Positions 45,901-55,686 of a stretch of 64,000 bases of DNA are shown here, in pieces. The stretch is from the IMG/VR virus record IMGVR_UViG_3300045988_134824, positions 72,744 through 136,743 of that record; one strand, 5' to 3'. Within the stretch, counting starts at the first letter, position 1, and each line of letters opens with the position of its first letter. The position numbers and the translations under genes were made by a program. This stretch comes from a virus. The notes beneath the pieces were generated by a model. That model ran no database searches. It was not told where the DNA came from and was given only the letters and a program-made list of their open reading frames with translations.

Positions 45901-46363
45901 TGTATTTCAGATTTATCTTGCAGGCGGTATGCAGGATTTATCATTTGAAGAGCAGAATACTTGGAGAGAAAGAATTTGCAATCAAATTATTGCTATGCGT
46001 AGAATACTTAATGTTAATATGAAAGAAGTCAACATTATTAACCCCGTTGATTATTACAATTTTCAAACAGAGTTACATGATACAGAAAAAGAAGTAATGA
46101 GATTTGATACAAATTTTGTTAGAAATAGTGATCTTGTTGTGGTAAATGCGAATGATCCGAAGAGCATTGGTACATCTATGGAGATTGCAATTGCATATGA
46201 ACGTCATATTCCTGTACTGATTTTGAATACAGAAAAGAAAAGATTGCATGCTTGGTGGGTGCAAATGTCTGACAAGATATTTGACGATGAGAAAAAATTA
46301 TGTACATATATATATGACTTTTATCTCAGGATGAATCATAGTAGTATTCGAGCATGGGTGTAA
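45890..46363 (+). CDS. nucleoside 2-deoxyribosyltransferase-like protein (paralog 2)
   Basis: IYLAGG..QNTWRE...VVVNANDPKSIGTSMEIAIAYERHIPVLIL matches Nuc_deoxyrib_tr family core. Confidence 0.55.
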   Translation: MQNNVFQIYLAGGMQDLSFEEQNTWRERICNQIIAMRRILNVNMKEVNIINPVDYYNFQTELHDTEKEVMRFDTNFVRNSDLVVVNANDPKSIGTSMEIAIAYERHIPVLILNTEKKRLHAWWVQMSDKIFDDEKKLCTYIYDFYLRMNHSSIRAWV

Positions 46364-46524
46364 ATGCAATGATATAAAATAGGAATTTGAGGCAAAATGA
46401 AAGGAGTTGAATCACTATCACGGCAGAGAAACAAGGCAAGTTTATTATTTTCCATCTGGATGATGGTAAAACTTGTAAATATGATTTATCAAATGGTGAT
46501 TGCTATGGCAAAAGTGGTAAGAAA

Positions 46525-47559
46525 GTGAAAGCTTTAAATAATATTCTGTCTGGGCATTCGGCTGATGAATTGGATAAATTATTTGTGTCCGATCCACATT
46601 ATGCAGAGTTTTTAAAATATGTAAACTGGCGAAAAAATTGTGAAATGGGAAGAACTACATGGGGCTTCATTGATTATAATTTAGGAACATTGTTTAAATA
46701 TGCAAGTAAATATTCGGTATGTGAACAGTTCTTTGCTATAGGATTTACACATAAACAAGTCACAGAAGATTTTAAATATTCAATCAATGAAGTACCAAAA
46801 TGGTTAAGAAATTATTGTCTTGGTGTGAAGAATAGACGATTGTTAAGTAATGATTTTGTTGATTTTTATAAGATGTATCCAGATTATGTACAAAAGATTT
46901 TACAGACAGAGTATATGACATTAACTAAAGAATATTTAATAAATTTCTTCGAGGATAATCATAGATATCGTTTTACGAAAATTTTGGAGGCTTTAAATCA
47001 GGATTATGGCTATAATCTTGCAGATGTGTTTGTTTATATAGATAGAATAATTACATTTGAAGCTGCTACCAATAGTATAAATTGGTTACTCGGAGAATTG
47101 CGTGATTATGCCCGTATGATGGACACAATCAGTCATAAATTTGATAGATATCCAAGACATTTCAAAACAACAATGGATATTGTCACAAGAAATTACAAAA
47201 GATTGCAAAAAGAATTTTCGGAAGAAGTCTTTAAGAACCGTATTAACAAAGAATACGAATTTACATATAAAGGACTGAGATTCTTTTATCCAGATTCTAC
47301 TCAAGACATTAAAGACGAAGCGGTGCAGCAAAATAATTGTGTGGCAAGTTACATAGATCGAGTCATTGATGGCGAATGCCATATTATGTTCTTGAGAAGA
47401 GTAAAAGAACCAAACAAATCGTTAGTGACGATTGAAATACAAAATGGACGAATCGTACAAGCACTGCAAAGATTCAATGATCCTCTAACTGCCGATCAAC
47501 AAGAAGCGGTTGATGCATGGAATAAACATTTTAGTAAGAAAGGTAAGGTGGCAGCATGA
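46525..47559 (+). CDS. PcfJ-like domain protein; N-terminus may extend upstream (in-frame ..AEKQGKFIIFHLDDGKTCKYDLSNGDCYGKSGKK lacks ATG; possible frameshift near 46397-46420)
   Basis: C-terminal NNCVASYIDRVIDGECHIMFLRRVKEPNKSLVTIEIQNGRIVQALQRFN resembles PcfJ signature. Confidence 0.5.
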   Translation: MKALNNILSGHSADELDKLFVSDPHYAEFLKYVNWRKNCEMGRTTWGFIDYNLGTLFKYASKYSVCEQFFAIGFTHKQVTEDFKYSINEVPKWLRNYCLGVKNRRLLSNDFVDFYKMYPDYVQKILQTEYMTLTKEYLINFFEDNHRYRFTKILEALNQDYGYNLADVFVYIDRIITFEAATNSINWLLGELRDYARMMDTISHKFDRYPRHFKTTMDIVTRNYKRLQKEFSEEVFKNRINKEYEFTYKGLRFFYPDSTQDIKDEAVQQNNCVASYIDRVIDGECHIMFLRRVKEPNKSLVTIEIQNGRIVQALQRFNDPLTADQQEAVDAWNKHFSKKGKVAA

Positions 47560-48095
47560 TTAATATTAATGAATTGACAACAGATCATAAGATTAAATTA
47601 AAGAAACCAATGGGATGCTTCGATAATCTTGGCGAGGTATGTGAGATTGTTAAGATTGATACAGATGAAAATGTTATTAATTTTAGATTTGGTGTAGATG
47701 GAGTACATCTTGGCGTGATGTCAGGAGATGAATTGGAAAAATATTTTGATGTTATTGAACCAACTGTTATTCCTGATGATTATGAGTGGCATCCATATGG
47801 TTTTATTGAAGATAATCAGGTTATGTATCATGCTCTTAAGAATGGTAGTATTTCGATGGAGACTACATATGATGGAGATGGAACAATTTCTGTTGTGTAT
47901 GAGCACCCTGAAAATCCTTATCGGCAAATTAAAAATGGGCAAAGAGGTAGGTTTTATTGTGAAGATTTGAAAGTAGCATTTTTTAAATTAAAGAAAACAT
48001 ACTATGACAAATTATATGAAGATATACAAGAAGAAGTCATGTTGGATTTTGTTAAAAATAAAGACAAATTAGAGCCAGTTGAAGTCAATGAATAG
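47556..48095 (+). CDS. hypothetical protein (179 aa)
   Basis: ORF. Confidence 0.45.
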   Translation: MININELTTDHKIKLKKPMGCFDNLGEVCEIVKIDTDENVINFRFGVDGVHLGVMSGDELEKYFDVIEPTVIPDDYEWHPYGFIEDNQVMYHALKNGSISMETTYDGDGTISVVYEHPENPYRQIKNGQRGRFYCEDLKVAFFKLKKTYYDKLYEDIQEEVMLDFVKNKDKLEPVEVNE

Positions 48096-48104
48096 TAGGA
48101 TGCA

Positions 48105-48308
48105 ATGATAGATAATGTTAAATTAACAATCAGAATATTTTCAATTGCTGTGTGCGTATTGTTGTATGTAGCTGCCTGGGTTTGGTTCATAATTACTGCT
48201 CGTGATGACTCGGACAATTGGGGTTCACGTGTCCATGCGGTATTTCTTTTCTGGATTATGTTACATGTAGTATTCTTAATTGAGCTAATTCTATGGGCTT
48301 GGTGCTAG
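48105..48308 (+). CDS. small two-TM membrane protein
   Basis: hydrophobic. Confidence 0.4.
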   Translation: MIDNVKLTIRIFSIAVCVLLYVAAWVWFIITARDDSDNWGSRVHAVFLFWIMLHVVFLIELILWAWC

Positions 48309-48314
48309 AAAGAG

Positions 48315-48710
48315 GTGATAAAGATGGGCGATTTCAAAGTTGGAGACGAAGTGTATTTTGCTTGGTACGATGAACCATATACTGTTAAATCTGGAATTAT
48401 TACGGAGATTAAATGTCTTGGCGATCTAATATATATAATGATACAAGACAGTATAACGCATGGTTTATATATGGTTCTTTTAGAAGAGATATATCGCACT
48501 GAATCAGAAATAAAAGCGGTTCTAAAACGAGAGTTTTATGGCAAGGTGAATGAAGTCAAGAAAGATATTCATACCTTAGAAGACTTGCTGAAATTCATGT
48601 ACAATAATGATCTTACAATTGATGAAGATGATGGATATTGTGTTTGGGAAGAGCGTGTTGCAGTAAGAGAACTAGCGAAAGAAATTTGCGGTATTGAGCT
48701 AGGAGAGTGA
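48315..48710 (+). CDS. hypothetical protein, paralog of 49119 ORF
   Basis: TLEDLLKFMYNNDLTID vs TIGDLIIFMFNNGVGYD; its C-terminus ..KEICGIELGE is duplicated as a 13-codon remnant at 49084-49122. Confidence 0.45.
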   Translation: MIKMGDFKVGDEVYFAWYDEPYTVKSGIITEIKCLGDLIYIMIQDSITHGLYMVLLEEIYRTESEIKAVLKREFYGKVNEVKKDIHTLEDLLKFMYNNDLTIDEDDGYCVWEERVAVRELAKEICGIELGE

Positions 48711-48716
48711 TGAAAT

Positions 48717-49070
48717 ATGAATGAAAGTAAAGATTATAAAAATGAAAAATACTTGGTAGTAACTGTTGGCGATAACGATTTTTATGACGATATATATGGA
48801 GTTTGTAATTTGTTATATTATCATTTTCAAAGTAGAGAAGAGTATCCAGAATCGAAAGAGGACTTAGAACTATTGAAGCCAATTATTCAGAATCTAATAT
48901 ATCAGAGCACAGAATTACGCAGATATAATAATAAAGATTATCCGTCTAGCAAATTAGAATATTTTGTGCCCGACTTATGGTTTTCTGATAAATCTGGATT
49001 AAAATGGCTTGATGATACTGAGTTTGGTGTTATTCCAATGTTCAGTGGGTCAAAAGTTTTTATGAAATAA
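48717..49070 (+). CDS. hypothetical protein (117 aa)
   Basis: ORF. Confidence 0.4.
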   Translation: MNESKDYKNEKYLVVTVGDNDFYDDIYGVCNLLYYHFQSREEYPESKEDLELLKPIIQNLIYQSTELRRYNNKDYPSSKLEYFVPDLWFSDKSGLKWLDDTEFGVIPMFSGSKVFMK

Positions 49071-49118
49071 AAGGAGAAATATAATGAAGAAAGAAATTTG
49101 TGGGATTGAGTTAGGAGA

Positions 49119-49766
49119 GTGAAATTAGTGAAAGAATTAAAAATTGGAAATCATTTCTGGGGAATTCAACGAGGAAGTGATGAGACTGATAGGACAATTG
49201 TTAATGGTAAGATTATATCTATTAACAAGATAAGAAATCACGAAGGAAAACTTGTAAAGTATATTGAATTAGATAATGGGTTTACTTCTAGTTCTTCAGT
49301 AAATATTGATGATATTTATGAGAGTGGAGATGAAGCAATGAACGCTTATCATGAAGAAAATCGCCATATGATTGATAAATATAAATCGACCATTAATACC
49401 ATAGGTGATCTTATTATATTTATGTTTAATAATGGTGTGGGATATGATAAGTATTACGAAGATTATGAAGTTTATCAAACAGTTATAGAGAAAACAACAG
49501 AGTTATTAGGAGTTGAATTAAAGAGAAAACTTCCGTGTAATTATTGCCATAAAACATCTCTGTATAAAACATGTGAAAAGCCAGTCATAAAAGAGGCGCT
49601 AGGAGTAGAGTATACTTATCTTGAAAAATACGGTGTTTGTGAGAATTGTGGATGTGAAATTTGTGTCCCAGAATATTATGAAGAAAATGTTAAAAGGATG
49701 CGTCAGGCATATAGAGATGCAGAGAGTAAAAAGAAAGGAGACAAACAGAATGAAGAAAGAAAATAA
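49119..49766 (+). CDS. hypothetical protein with C-terminal Cys cluster (CNYCHK..CEKP..CENCGCEIC)
   Basis: ORF; paralog of 48315. Confidence 0.45.
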   Translation: MKLVKELKIGNHFWGIQRGSDETDRTIVNGKIISINKIRNHEGKLVKYIELDNGFTSSSSVNIDDIYESGDEAMNAYHEENRHMIDKYKSTINTIGDLIIFMFNNGVGYDKYYEDYEVYQTVIEKTTELLGVELKRKLPCNYCHKTSLYKTCEKPVIKEALGVEYTYLEKYGVCENCGCEICVPEYYEENVKRMRQAYRDAESKKKGDKQNEERK

Positions 49767-49977
49767 GCTACATACGTCTGAAGAAATTTTAAACGCATTA
49801 CATGTAATTCAGGGTACATGTGAGTATTATCTTGTAAACGGATATGAAAATTGTAGAAAATGTCCTCTATGTACAATAGTAGAAGATTCTCCGACGTGTA
49901 CAATTGCAGATTTAGAGCCTGATAATTGGAGTATTGCAGATGATCCAGATACTACGTGGCGAGCATTTGGGAAGTAG
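49753..49977 (+). CDS. small Cys-rich protein (track ORF 49621; ATG 49753 preferred)
   Basis: CEYYLVNGYENCRKCPLCTIVEDSPTC. Confidence 0.35.
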   Translation, partial: KKENKLHTSEEILNALHVIQGTCEYYLVNGYENCRKCPLCTIVEDSPTCTIADLEPDNWSIADDPDTTWRAFGK

Positions 49978-49990
49978 GAGATGAAGGTTT

Positions 49991-50227
49991 ATGAGTGAGA
50001 AAAATTATGGAGAGTATACGGAAGAAACAGTGGCTGTTGCACTAAAAATAATTCAAGATATTTGTACTCTTAGTAAAGATGATTTTGGTTGTAGCATTAA
50101 ATGCCCATTTTTAGAGCTACAGGATGGAGGAGCGAGACAAATATGTCCTATAATCCATAATTGTCCTGCTGACTGGAGATTAAACAAATTCCCACCTAAG
50201 CAATGGGAGCCTTTTTACAATGGATAA
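49991..50227 (+). CDS. small Cys-rich protein, paralog of previous
   Basis: CSIKCPFLELQDGGARQICPIIHNCPADW. Confidence 0.4.
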   Translation: MSEKNYGEYTEETVAVALKIIQDICTLSKDDFGCSIKCPFLELQDGGARQICPIIHNCPADWRLNKFPPKQWEPFYNG

Positions 50228-50257
50228 TTACATAAACACAAGTAAATAAAGGAGTAA

Positions 50258-50797
50258 ATGTCGTTGAAATTAAATGACGAACAGAGAAAATTAGTAGAAC
50301 AAAATCATAATTTGATTTACTCTGCTATGACAAAATGCGGTATCCGCAGACAAGATTTTGATGACTATTATGGATTCGCTGCTATTGGGTTGTGTAAGGC
50401 AACAATTGATTATGATGAATCCAAAGCTAAATCATTCTCTACATATGCATATAAATGTATGCAAAAAGAAATTATAGCATATACTCGATGGAGATTTGCA
50501 GATAAAAGAGATGAACGACTTACCTTATCGTACAATCAGTTAATGAATGATTTAGATGAAGACGAAAAAGAATATTCTTTTTTGTTAGCTGATAAAAAAA
50601 ATAATGAAAAAAAATTAATTTTCTTTTTGTGTTTTGATGAGCAAATGCGAATACTAAATAATAAGGACAGGTTAATTATTAATTTAAAGGCAAAAGGGTA
50701 TACGAACGAAGAAATAGGAAATACCCTTGGTGTTACATATCAAGCAATTCAATATCAATTGAAAAAAATTAAAAATAAATTAATCCCATCCTTATAA
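50258..50797 (+). CDS. sigma-70 family sigma factor (second paralog)
   Basis: N-terminus LNDEQRKLVEQNHNLIY parallels 43387 ORF (LNDEQRRLIEDNYSLIW); C-terminal GYTNEEIGNTLGVTYQAIQYQLKKI HTH. Confidence 0.6.
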   Translation: MSLKLNDEQRKLVEQNHNLIYSAMTKCGIRRQDFDDYYGFAAIGLCKATIDYDESKAKSFSTYAYKCMQKEIIAYTRWRFADKRDERLTLSYNQLMNDLDEDEKEYSFLLADKKNNEKKLIFFLCFDEQMRILNNKDRLIINLKAKGYTNEEIGNTLGVTYQAIQYQLKKIKNKLIPSL

Positions 50798-50803
50798 TTT
50801 CAA

Positions 50804-50832
50804 AAAAGCTTTTTGCTTTTATTATTTTTTTG
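50804..50832 (+). terminator. rho-independent terminator AAAAGC-tttt-GCTTTT followed by T-run
   Basis: read directly. Confidence 0.55.
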
Positions 50833-51004
50833 ACGCATTTGTTATAAACGTACTAGAACGATTATAGCAATATAAGCCGATCAGATAAAATTATTTTTTG
50901 TTCCTGTTAGCTTTGGCAGAGTTGACAGTGGATATAAATTGATGACTTATTTACAAACTAAAAACTAACTAAACAAATTTAATAACAGAAAGAGGTAAAT
51001 TCAT

Positions 51005-52117
51005 TTGGCAGAAAACACAAAATCTAAAAGACTTTTCAACTTACCAGAAACTAAAGGTACATTTCAGTTAGAAGGATTAATCACTGATTGTGCAAAAGAC
51101 GACTTTTATAAGGAAGGTAAAACGCAGAAAGGCAAAGATAAACGAACATTATCTTTCGGAGTTAAAGTAGAACCTGACGTAAAAGTTGGATGTAAAATTC
51201 AGGCATTTGAAAAACCTACAGTATGTTTTATCAAACGAGAGAAAGATGGTACATACAAAACTAAAAAAATTCCTTGGGCGGATCGTTTTAAATCGGCTGA
51301 AGAATTAGGACTTGGCGAAGGTTGGGCAATTATTGGTTCAAGAGCAGGTCTTGAAAAAGAGACCAATGATAAAGGACAGGTTGTTAATAAGAAAATTGTC
51401 TTAGATCCATTTGATTTAACAAAATATACTTCAGAACATATGGCAGACAACCAGAGTGTATTCATCAAAGGAGATATTGAATATGGAAGTTTTACTGGGG
51501 AAGACGGTACTAAACGTCAGTGGTCAAGAATGTCTCCAACACAGATTAGTTTAACAAGTAAAGAAATTGATCTTGATGATGAAGAACGTAAAGTAAGATC
51601 TGATTTCAAACAGACAATGGTATTCACAAATATCGAACAGGAAAAAGAAAATGATGTGCCAACAGGACGTTTTATCGTTTATGGAAAGATTATTGGTTAT
51701 TCATCTGTTGATGATGCTGAATTCTATATGACAAATAAGAAATTAGCAAAAACTTTTAAGAAGAATGTTAAGCCATATTCATCTATTGAAGTTTGGGGAC
51801 ATATTAAGACAGAAATTCAGACAGAAGAAGTTGAAGTAGAAGATGATGGATGGGGAGAAGCAGATCCTACAAAGAGAGTCGTAAATTCTGCAAGAAAAGA
51901 ACTTATTATCACTGGCGCAAGCAAAAATAGTATTGATTCAGAAACATACACCAGAGAAGCAATTGATACAGCGATTGAAGCTATTAAAAAGGCAGAAGCA
52001 GCAAGAAGTGATTTTGGTGAATCTGATGATAAACAGACAAGTGGTTTTTCTACAGATGATGAATGGGGATCTGGTTTTGATGATTCTTCAGATGATACTG
52101 AAGGCGATGTTTGGTAA
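51005..52117 (+). CDS. putative single-stranded DNA-binding protein (acidic C-terminal tail DDSSDDTEGDVW); TTG start
   Basis: position at head of replication/recombination module, Gly-rich linker and acidic tail typical of SSBs; family not certain. Confidence 0.35.
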   Translation: MAENTKSKRLFNLPETKGTFQLEGLITDCAKDDFYKEGKTQKGKDKRTLSFGVKVEPDVKVGCKIQAFEKPTVCFIKREKDGTYKTKKIPWADRFKSAEELGLGEGWAIIGSRAGLEKETNDKGQVVNKKIVLDPFDLTKYTSEHMADNQSVFIKGDIEYGSFTGEDGTKRQWSRMSPTQISLTSKEIDLDDEERKVRSDFKQTMVFTNIEQEKENDVPTGRFIVYGKIIGYSSVDDAEFYMTNKKLAKTFKKNVKPYSSIEVWGHIKTEIQTEEVEVEDDGWGEADPTKRVVNSARKELIITGASKNSIDSETYTREAIDTAIEAIKKAEAARSDFGESDDKQTSGFSTDDEWGSGFDDSSDDTEGDVW

Positions 52118-52182
52118 GAACAATTCTAAATCATTTCACAAATAAATAACAAAAATAATATATACATAAAGGAGTTTTACAT

Positions 52183-53370
52183 TTGGCAAAAGCAAGAAAA
52201 GCAGCAAAAACACAGAGTAAGTTGATGACTATTATTTATGGAGAATCTTTCACTGGTAAGAGTACACTGGCAATGCAGTTAGCATATTTTAAACGACCAG
52301 ATGGAAAGCCTTTCAGAATCTTATATTTAGACTCTGAATCAGGAAGTATTGATGATTATTTACCAGAATTAGAGGCAAATGGTGTAAATCTTGAAAATAT
52401 TTATATTGTATACACTCAGAGTTTAGGAGAAGTTAGATATTATATTGATACGGTTAAAACAAATAGCGACTTCTATGAGCTTAACGAAAAAGGAGAAGAA
52501 ACTGACGATGTAGTTTTAGATGCAGATGGTCTTCCATTTAGAGCTGATGCAATTGTCGTAGATGGATCAACAATCTTAAATCTGACCACAAAACAGGGGT
52601 TAATTGAGTTCTCTAAAAAAAGAAACCGTGTAAAAGCGGATGCTGCAAATATGACAGGCGAAGCTAGACTTGTCAAAATTGAAGGATCAGGTATGGAATT
52701 AAAAGATTACCAGACTGTAAACTTTAAAGGTCAGGATTTAATTCTTGATTTATTAGCTTCTGGGGTACATTGTGTTGTAACAGCAAGAGAAAAAGATGAG
52801 ACCGAATCTAAGATGATTGATGGTAAGAGAGAAACTGTTACTACAGGTCGCAAGATTATTGATGGGTTCAAGGGCATGGATTACAATGCAAAAACAGTAA
52901 TTCGTACATTCGTTGATGATGAAACTGACATGGTTTGTGCACAGATTGTGAAAGATAGAACACATACATATAAAAAGAATGAAATTGTTGAAGATCCGCA
53001 GATGTTAGCATGGCAGAAAGTTATTGACAATTCTGTTGGTAACAAAGAGTTTACACTTGGTAATGCCCTCACAAAAGCAGTTGATGTTGAACAGAAAATC
53101 TATAAGAGAGAAATTCTTGGAGAAGCAGGTAAGCCAGTTTCCGAAGAGGAAGCAGAAAAAGAAGAATCTGGTGTAACTAATGACGGAGTTTCCAATAATG
53201 AAGATTCTGTTGAGGCAGTTAGAAAGCGAATTATTAATATGATTAAACAGATGACACCTCCAGAGAAACAGGAGATGAAAGACAAGCTTGTGAAAGAAGG
53301 ATTACCTACTACAATTACACGAATTAAAGATCTTGGACAGTTGAAAAAGATTGAGGAAGTTTTATCATAA
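52183..53370 (+). CDS. Sak4-like / AAA_24 RecA-fold ATPase (phage ssDNA annealing / recombination)
   Basis: KLMTIIYGESFTGKSTLAMQLAYF..FRILYLDSESGS matches AAA_24 (Sak4) N-terminal signature. Confidence 0.6.
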   Translation: MAKARKAAKTQSKLMTIIYGESFTGKSTLAMQLAYFKRPDGKPFRILYLDSESGSIDDYLPELEANGVNLENIYIVYTQSLGEVRYYIDTVKTNSDFYELNEKGEETDDVVLDADGLPFRADAIVVDGSTILNLTTKQGLIEFSKKRNRVKADAANMTGEARLVKIEGSGMELKDYQTVNFKGQDLILDLLASGVHCVVTAREKDETESKMIDGKRETVTTGRKIIDGFKGMDYNAKTVIRTFVDDETDMVCAQIVKDRTHTYKKNEIVEDPQMLAWQKVIDNSVGNKEFTLGNALTKAVDVEQKIYKREILGEAGKPVSEEEAEKEESGVTNDGVSNNEDSVEAVRKRIINMIKQMTPPEKQEMKDKLVKEGLPTTITRIKDLGQLKKIEEVLS

Positions 53371-53419
53371 AAGGATTTATGTGGCAGCCCTTTTGGGCTG
53401 TCTGATCCTTAGATATTAA

Positions 53420-54133
53420 GTGAGGAGTAACTGTAGTATGGCAGATGTTTTAACAGTAAAATGTGCTTATTGTAAAGAAGTAATTGAACTTGATTTAGAT
53501 AAAGTACAAGAGATTGTTAAATATGACAATAGTTATTATCACAAAGAATGTTTCCGAAAAATGTGTGAAGCAAAATTATTATCCAAAAATACTAAACATG
53601 ATAAATGGTTATCTGCATTATCTAAGATTGACGAATATAATCAGAAAGCACGATTGTTACTTGAACCAAGATTATTAGAAGACAAAGTATATCGGTTTAT
53701 TCTTGATAATTATAATTACATTGGTTCTGTACCAGCATATGTTTTTACAAAATTGAAAAGTATTTACAAAGGTACATATCGTGGTTTGGCGAAACCAATT
53801 CCACCAAGTGACCTTTTAGATATGTGGAAGCGTCAAATGAAATATCTTAAGAAAAATCGAACATTTTTAATACAAAAAGGAACGATGGATAAAGATAACC
53901 CAACACACCAGGTTAATTATGATTTAGCGGTTTTAGTGGGAAAATATGATAGTTATTTACGATGGAAAGAGAAACAGAAATTAAATGAAGTAGACAAAAA
54001 GAATAATGAAAAATTTGCAAAATCTTTTGTTGAAACAAATAATATCACAACTCAGAAAACTGTAGTAACAGCCACGCAAGACGATAACATGGATGACATT
54101 TTAAGTGATATTTTTGGTGAGGGACTTGATTGA
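53420..54133 (+). CDS. hypothetical zinc-finger protein, possible helicase loader
   Basis: CAYCKE...YHKECFRKMCE; directly precedes helicase. Confidence 0.35.
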   Translation: MRSNCSMADVLTVKCAYCKEVIELDLDKVQEIVKYDNSYYHKECFRKMCEAKLLSKNTKHDKWLSALSKIDEYNQKARLLLEPRLLEDKVYRFILDNYNYIGSVPAYVFTKLKSIYKGTYRGLAKPIPPSDLLDMWKRQMKYLKKNRTFLIQKGTMDKDNPTHQVNYDLAVLVGKYDSYLRWKEKQKLNEVDKKNNEKFAKSFVETNNITTQKTVVTATQDDNMDDILSDIFGEGLD

Positions 54134-55683
54134 CAGAAGAAACAGTGGAACGTAAAAGTGTAACTAACATTCAGAGTGAAATGATGTTTATCGGTGCTTT
54201 GTATAAACAACCAGATTTATATGTTTCTTATGGTGGATATATGAGAAGCCAGTATGATTTCAGTGATGAGGCATGTAAATTCTTCTATGATATGTTTGAG
54301 ATTATGTACAAAACATTTACTCAGACGATTGAGGAAGATAAGGTAAATATGTTCATGAGTCAATCAGATGAAAGACTTAGGACATATAAAAGATACAAAG
54401 GGTGGAAAACAATTTCATCATGGATGCAGGTTGCAGATTGTGATGATTTTAAAAAATATTATAATCTCGTTAAGAAATACTCTCTTGTAAGAGAGTATGA
54501 CAGAAATGGATATCCTGTTCAAAGAATTTTAAACCATAGATTATTTGAAAAATGGGAAGCAAAAGATATTTATAGAGTGATTCGATCTCAGGCAGATAAA
54601 ATTAATACTGTTATTAGCGCAGGCGAAGATTCTGTCTTATTGAATAGTGGTGTTGAATCACAGGTTGAATCATTTTTATCAAAACCAGATTTAGGGATTC
54701 CGTTACCTTGGGGGATTCTCAATAAGATGTTCAGAGGGTGTCGACTTGGAAAGGTAATTTTTAATGGATTCTTAAGTAATGAAGGAAAATCAAGAAATAT
54801 GATGTTGTTGATCGCATATATCGTATTGGCAATGGATGAGAAATTTTTATTACTCAGTAACGAGATGGATGAAGACGATTTGCGAAATTGTTTAGTCGTT
54901 ACAGTGATCAACAACAAATGTTTTAAAGAGCTTCATGGGGTTGATATTGAAAAGCCAGAAGAAGAAATAGTTCTTGGTATTTACAGAGACAACAATGGTA
55001 ATGTGATTGAAAGAAAAACAAATGACAATGGTGACTTTATTGAAACAGAAGAGGAGTACAGACATAGAGTAGCTACGACGTCAGATGAGTTTCAAAAAGT
55101 TATGCAAGTTGCAAAATGGGTAGATCAGAAACGTCAAGGAAAATTATATTTCAAAGATGTTGGCTCTGATTACTCAGATTCGGCATTAGAGTTTGAATTT
55201 AGAAAACATCGTATGTTATATGATGTGAAATATTGTGGTTATGACACGTTAAAAGGTTATCGTATTGATGATTGGCAAACGGTGAAACAGACAGCCACAA
55301 AAATTAAAGAGCTTATGAAAGAGATCCATATGTTTTGTTTTTCTGTATTCCAGTTAACAGATGACACAGTGTATACAGATATATTCCAACTAAGTAGTAA
55401 TAATATTGCCAATGCAAAACAGATTAAGCACGTTGCTGACATCTTAATGCTTGGTAAAAGATTACATCCTGACGAATATTACAAATATCAGTATATATCA
55501 ATTAGTGATTGGGGAGAACCACAGGCGCACGATCTAAAAAAGGACAAGACATATTTCTGTATTAAGGTTGATAAAAACCGAGGCGGTAATAAGAATGTTA
55601 TTCCAATTTTTGAAATCAATTTGGATTTAAATACTTGGGACGAAATAGGATATGTTATAAAACGAGAGAAAAACGGAGCGTAG
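54130..55683 (+). CDS. DnaB-like replicative DNA helicase
   Basis: Walker A-like NGFLSNEGKSRNMMLL, RecA-fold C-terminal region, gene order helicase-primase. Confidence 0.55.
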   Translation: MTEETVERKSVTNIQSEMMFIGALYKQPDLYVSYGGYMRSQYDFSDEACKFFYDMFEIMYKTFTQTIEEDKVNMFMSQSDERLRTYKRYKGWKTISSWMQVADCDDFKKYYNLVKKYSLVREYDRNGYPVQRILNHRLFEKWEAKDIYRVIRSQADKINTVISAGEDSVLLNSGVESQVESFLSKPDLGIPLPWGILNKMFRGCRLGKVIFNGFLSNEGKSRNMMLLIAYIVLAMDEKFLLLSNEMDEDDLRNCLVVTVINNKCFKELHGVDIEKPEEEIVLGIYRDNNGNVIERKTNDNGDFIETEEEYRHRVATTSDEFQKVMQVAKWVDQKRQGKLYFKDVGSDYSDSALEFEFRKHRMLYDVKYCGYDTLKGYRIDDWQTVKQTATKIKELMKEIHMFCFSVFQLTDDTVYTDIFQLSSNNIANAKQIKHVADILMLGKRLHPDEYYKYQYISISDWGEPQAHDLKKDKTYFCIKVDKNRGGNKNVIPIFEINLDLNTWDEIGYVIKREKNGA

Positions 55684-55686
55684 GTT

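Noticed and set aside
47721-47970. Overlapping + and - ORFs (47728-47970 +, 47721-47942 -) inside 47556-48095
   Set aside because: Nested in a longer ORF with RBS. I/L/M-rich nonsense translations typical of AT-rich off-frames.
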